Assembly: GCA_951406725.2 (NCBI GenBank)
Contig: OX597833.1
Span: 46,376,001 to 46,440,000, forward strand
Direction: 5' to 3'
DNA: 64,000 nt
Origin: Octopus vulgaris
Lineage: Eukaryota
Below the pieces are notes generated by a model. The model was not told the origin of the DNA and ran no database searches. It worked only from the letters and a program-made list of their open reading frames with translations. A program made the position numbers and the translations under genes. The stretch's first letter is position 1; the number at the start of each line of letters is the position of its first letter. Positions 57,655-64,000 of this stretch are shown here, piece by piece.

Positions 57655-57744
57655 AAGTATGTACATAAGCACACATGACATTTAACCAAGTGTGTAATAA
57701 GAAAAGTAGATTTGCTTCTTAAAGATACTTACTTTGGTGACACC

Positions 57745-58262
57745 AGGCTTTGGTCGGCCCGATGTTATAATAGAAGACACCTGCCCAAGGTGCCACGCAG
57801 TGGGACTGAACCCAGAACGATGTGGTTCGGAAGCAAGCTTCTTACCACAAATCCAAGCCATCTATATCTATCTATATTATTTCATTCTTTTATTCTTGTA
57901 CTTGTTTCAATCATTTGACCGCAGCCATGCTCGTGCATCGCCTTTTAATCGAAGAAATCGACCCCAGGACTTATTGTTTCTAAGCCCAGTACTTATTCTA
58001 TCGGTCTTTTTTTGCCGAACTGTTAAATTTCGGGAACGTAAACATGCCAACATCGGTTGTCAAGCGATGGTGGGGAGTGGGACAAATACAGACACAAACA
58101 CACACAGATACACATATATATTTATATACGACAGGCTTCTTTCAGTTTCCATCTACCAAAGCCGAGGCTATAGCAGAAGACACTTGCTCTAGGTACCACA
58201 CAGTGGGACTGAACCCGGAACCATGTGGTTAAGAAGCAAGCTTCTTACCACACAGCTACGCC
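57745..58262 (-). mobile_element. Two adjacent SINE family A copies (partial plus near full length)
   Basis: Family A motifs at 57745-57850 and 57890-58262. Confidence 0.8.
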
Positions 58263-58622
58263 TATGCTTGAGTGTATATGTGTATATATGCTTGTATAGT
58301 TACATATGTAAAAATCTATACACTTAAAATCAGTAAACTAGCACACGCACCACACACACACACACACACACACATACACGCATACACACACACACACATG
58401 CACACATACAAATATATATGTATGAATGTAGATACATATATGTATGCATACCTACATACATACATAATTACAAACATACAAACACACATACACGCATACA
58501 CACACACACACATGCACACATACAAATATATATGTATGAATGTAGGTACATATATGTATGCATACCTACATACATACATAATTACAAACATACACACACA
58601 CATGCACACACACACACACATG

Positions 58623-58653
<31 letters not shown>

Positions 58654-58810
58654 TCACACGCACGCACGCACGCACGCACACACATATGTATGTAAGGTAT
58701 TATCAGCGACGCCTTTAAAATACTTGATCACACAGAATGAGCGAAAAATTACAAATATGCGCCGCCAACACACATGACAGACCATAACAATAGAAATTCT
58801 TTCTTTGTCT

Positions 58811-58851
<41 letters not shown>

Positions 58852-58988
58852 ATATATATACACTCTTTTCTCATACACTCTTTATCTTTCTGTTTTCCCG
58901 TCAATACTTTGTAAATGTAGATCAACTTCTTACAAGTGCAATCAGTTTGACCCTGAGAACTGTAAATTTGGGTGGTCGTATATTTTCG

Positions 58989-59050
<62 letters not shown>

Positions 59051-59224
59051 GCTGCTGCTGCTGCTGCTGCTGTTGTTGTTGTTGTTGTTGACGGGCGTTT
59101 TTATTTATGCTTTTTTTCTCAATTTTTTTTTCTGGGATTTGTCCAACGGAGTTTAAAATTAGAAACTATGGTAACAGAATATGAAATAAACGCACATATA
59201 CATCTGCGCTGCTACACACACACA

Positions 59225-59264
<40 letters not shown>

Positions 59265-59508
59265 AACAAACACACACATACACACATATAGATGCATCTT
59301 AACAGACACAGTACGTAAAAAGACACATATAGGCATGTAAGCAATATAACAAACACATGCCCAAAATATTTGCATATTTGTATGCATGATGTATATATGT
59401 ATATATGTATGTGTGTGTGTGTGTGTGCGCGTGAATGCATGTGAATGTGTGTGTATGCGTGTGTACGTGTGCGTGTGTATGTGTATTGTATATATATATA
59501 TGTGTGTG

Positions 59509-59549
<41 letters not shown>

Positions 59550-59608
59550 GCATCTATGTAATAGTAAATATATGTATCTGTGTGTATATATTTACGTGTA
59601 TATAAATG

Positions 59609-59666
<58 letters not shown>

Positions 59667-60207
59667 CATAGTCACAAAATGTATATATGTACAAGTACAT
59701 ATACACATGCTGCTATATTTATACAGTCATGCATACATGTGTGTGTGTGTGTGTGTGCGTGTGTGTGTAGATACAGATAGAGATAGGTAGAAAAAGAGAG
59801 CTAGATACACACAAATATATGTATGTGTATATATGAATGTAAGTGTATGTATGTACGTATGTATGTTTGTATGTATGTATTACGTACGTATGTATGTATG
59901 TATGTATCTATGTATGCATGCATGTACCTACGTATGTATGTATGTATGTATGTATGTATGTATGTATGTATGTATGTATGTATGTATGCACGTATGCTTG
60001 TATAAATGCAACAAATGCCGGAAGATGTTCGAGTTAATCGTCGAATCAAAAGACATTTGATCTTAAACATCCGATATAATCATAGCAGGATTAAGTTTCA
60101 AAACAACTTGAGGTCAGCATCAAAAGACGTCTTGAGACGGCTTTGTAAAAAAACAACGAATAAACTAATAAGCTGAAATAACAACGAAGCTAATAATAAT
60201 AATAATG

Positions 60208-60362
<155 letters not shown>

Positions 60363-60797
60363 GAGACACCATGTGAGATTATAGAAATGAACTTTGGAAT
60401 AAACAAATAGACTTAAATAAATATAACAGGAATTTCGATTATGACTTTGAAGGAGGTGAACAGAAACGGAAAGGGGCCAGTCTTGATTGGGAAATAGAGG
60501 CCTTGATCCTTTCGTCAATAAAATAACTTAAGGAGAGATTAAACTGTATTTGGTGTGTGAATGTGTATATATATATGTGTCTGCTTATACATACACATAC
60601 ATACATATAATACATTTGCATGTTTGTGTGTGTATGAATGCATGTACGTACGTATATGTATATGCGTAAATATATGTGTGTATCCTTAAAATCCTTAAAA
60701 ATGTTTTAGCCCGAAGGCCGCGGCCATGCTGGGGCACCACCGATATATATATATATATTTATATATATATACATATATACATATATATACATATCTG

Positions 60798-60916
<119 letters not shown>

Positions 60917-61189
60917 GGAAACCGGTGAATCCAAAATCTAAATCAGACGAAATTAAAAAGAAAAAGCCAGCTCTTTCTGACACAACATCGAAGTTCAGTT
61001 TGATCCCCTCAGACGTTGTTGTTGCTGGTGCTGCTGCTAGTGGTTGTTGCGATGATGGTGATGGACGTAGTCGCGTGGGCGTTGATGGTGGCTATGGTGG
61101 TGGTCGGCGTCTTAGCCTTCGTCGTCATTGTTGTATTATTCGTTGTAGAGGGGTGTGTTGGATGTTAATGTTATCATTATTATTTCGCC

Positions 61190-61479
61190 GCAGGAATTCA
61201 GCCGAGGTCGACTTTGCCTTTCATCCTTTTGGAGGTCGAGGTATCAGTTGAGCATTGGGGTCAATGTCATCAACTGGTCCCCTCTTCCCTTCAAAAAATT
61301 CAGGCTTTGTGCCTATAGACGTAGGAGTGGCTCTGTGGTAAATAGCTTGCTTACCAACTACATGTTTCCAGGTTCTGTCCCACTGCGTAGCACCTTGAGC
61401 AAGTGTCTTCTACTATAGCCTCAGGCCGACCAAAGCCTTGTAAGTGAATTTGGTAGACAGAAACTGAAAGAAGCCCGTC

Positions 61480-61480
<1 letters not shown>
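61190..61480 (+). mobile_element. SINE family B 3' fragment followed by SINE family A 5' half
   Basis: gccgaggtcgactttgcctttcatcc..., then gtaggagtggctctgtggtaa...gaagcccgtcg. Confidence 0.75.
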
Positions 61481-61550
<70 letters not shown>

Positions 61551-61813
61551 TACATGTACATATATTTATACATGTATATGTTCATATATATATACATATA
61601 CATATTTATGAACGAAGACTCCTTGAACTCAGATCAATACTAATCAAGACATTACCCAATATCATTAATAAATGATGGCATATACATATATATACAAATA
61701 TATATGTACATATATTTATACATGTATATGTACATATATATATACATATATATATAAACATATACTTATATATACATATATATATGTACATATATTTATA
61801 CATGTATATGTAC

Positions 61814-61846
<33 letters not shown>

Positions 61847-61942
61847 CATATACTTATATATACATATATATATGTACATATTTTTATACATGTATATGTA
61901 CATATATATATATATACATATATATATTATATACATATACAT

Positions 61943-62692
61943 ATTTATGAACGAAGACTCCTTGAACTCAGATCAATACTAATCAAGACATTACCCAATA
62001 TCATTAATAAATGATGACATTAAACGAGTTAAGGAAATAGATATACGAACGTTAAGGGAAGTCAACCGAAATACTAAACCAGACTTAAAAATACTCCCAT
62101 ACATCGCTACACAAAACCCTAGAAACTACGAAGCCTTCAACATTTTCATCCAAAATCTACCCATCCTCACAAGAGTTAAAACAATGAACAAAATTTTAGG
62201 CTCACACAAAATTATCAAAAGCAAAATGCAACCTAAATCATTGAAAAAAATATTAATCAGCGCACGACTATATCCATTAATAACAGAACCAAAAGTGAAA
62301 AAATGTTGTCGACCGAACTGTGGGACATGCCCCCACCTTTTGGAGGGTTCAGAGTTCCGCTTTAAACAAGGTGAAATATGTAAGATTAAACCAAATTTCA
62401 CCTGTGCCTCGGAAAATCTAATCTATGCTATTACATGCTTTGGGTGTGGTAATAATTATATTGGCCAATCAGGAATATCACTCTGTCGAAGAACCACTCT
62501 CCACAAAGAACAAATCCGCCACCTACAATACAGACAGATACCGGTCAGTGAACACGTGCTTGAAATCTTAATCCTAATTTCCTAATTTTCCCCTTCTATC
62601 AATGTTCACAGAACACCTCAGTACAACAAAGAATGAATAAAGAAGCAACTTTCATCAATAAATATCCTCCACAACTCAATATGAACACATAA
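61943..62692 (+). pseudogene. Second Penelope-like element 3' fragment (thumb end, Cys-rich linker, GIY-YIG)
   Basis: [73 protein letters not shown], with frameshifts near both ends. Confidence 0.9.
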
Positions 62693-62876
62693 CATAACAC
62701 AGAACACTACTAACCTTTCAGTTAATACCACTAACTCCCATACATCCCATACACCATTCACATTACAGATCTATATCTACCCTAATTGTACCAAATCCAG
62801 AACTACTTACCTCACTTACACATAATCTTTTTACTCAGGGACTAGTAGACCTGACACCGTTCAGTAATCGGTGTGC

Positions 62877-62924
62877 ATTCAAAGCAATTATTAGTAATAT
62901 TACAAAACCGGTATGCTTTTGAAT
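62877..62924 (+). ncRNA. Inactivated hammerhead relic in the 3' pLTR of the Penelope fragment
   Basis: Stem I ATTCAAAGCA/TGCTTTTGAAT, core ATTATTA (for CTGATGA), stem II GTAA-TA-TTAC, AAAA (for GAAA), palindromic A-CCGG-T, GTA site. Confidence 0.65.
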
Positions 62925-63188
62925 CTCTTTAACAATTCACAATAATGACTTTTATTTCTTTTATTCCTACCTCAGTTCATCTAATTGTATATATATCTAT
63001 CGCTACTTTTCATAAAAGCCTTTACTTTTTTTTGATTTCCAATGTGCATTTTCGCTTATTTTTCTTCTTATTTTCCCCATACATTTCGACGTGTAGTTTC
63101 TATTTTCTTTTTGCAACATGCTTCTATTATACATATATATATATAGATAGATATATATATATGTATGTATATAAAAATATCGATCTAA

Positions 63189-63328
<140 letters not shown>

Positions 63329-63347
63329 GCACATAACAGACTCACAT

Positions 63348-63431
63348 ACAGTACTTCGAGTTTCCTGACAAGCTACGGGCATGAAGTTATCCGATTACCG
63401 ACCGATAATTAAAGCCAGGTCATCAGCTTTT
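63348..63431 (-). ncRNA. Candidate hammerhead with an enlarged stem II loop
   Basis: CUGAUGA-C-CUGGC-(about 44 nt)-GUCAG-GAA-ACU-CGA-AGU-A. Stem I is weak. Adjacent to (TA)n. Confidence 0.5.
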
Positions 63432-63703
63432 GTTGGACACAACTATATATTCCCCCATTTCAATGATATTGAAATCTACTTTTCTTTTTACACACTTGCT
63501 TTAACGTTATCTGTGTTTCAGTACATACTTATGTATACAAACACGCGCACGCGCACACACACATGCACGCACATACACACACGGACACACACACACACAG
63601 GGTCTCGCAGGTGGACAAACAGATAGAAAAACGAGGAAGATAGCCACACAAGCACAAACACATGGAAAAGGTTAACCTCCTACGTACCACATTTCTCTCT
63701 CTC

Positions 63704-63790
<87 letters not shown>

Positions 63791-64000
63791 AATATACTCG
63801 TCTACAAAAACAAATTTAACGAAGCGTGGTTCCCCGTGTTCAGTGCGATACTCCAGCGTTTTTATTCACGTAAACACATATATAGTTCAAATGCCTCATT
63901 AGCACAACCGTAATAATTCACGCCTCTAAATAAGATATCATACATAATAGATGCTACATACACAAACATTTAAACAATGTAATAGGTTTAACGAAGCATA

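Noticed and set aside
58371-58595. Tandem duplication of about 115 bp within CA/TA-rich sequence
   Set aside because: Routine higher-order microsatellite duplication with no sign of function.

Overview
This is AT-rich, extremely microsatellite-rich eukaryotic non-coding DNA. It is most likely intronic or intergenic sequence from a coleoid cephalopod (Octopus-like); that assignment is inferred from the repeat landscape, not from a database search. I found no convincing intact host gene, and almost all listed ORFs are translations of simple repeats. The window is a nested mosaic of three tRNA-derived SINE families (called A, B and C here), Penelope-like element (PLE) fragments with RT and GIY-YIG remnants, R4/Dong-type RLE LINE 3' ends stacked in (CATA)n repeats, an L1/Tx1 RT relic, mariner and Tigger deletion derivatives, a Kolobok-like MITE and a non-autonomous Helitron. 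The most notable hidden signal is a set of about a dozen type I hammerhead ribozyme (HHR) motifs in short, microsatellite-flanked, PLE-like elements. These include near-canonical copies, a family with a recurrent non-canonical A6U core, fold-back palindromes with an HHR in each arm, and a conserved AATAAA plus stem-loop module downstream. A second notable signal is evidence that SINE family B inserts or primes at sequences matching its own internal junction, which could explain its tandem multimers. All structures were folded and aligned by eye.
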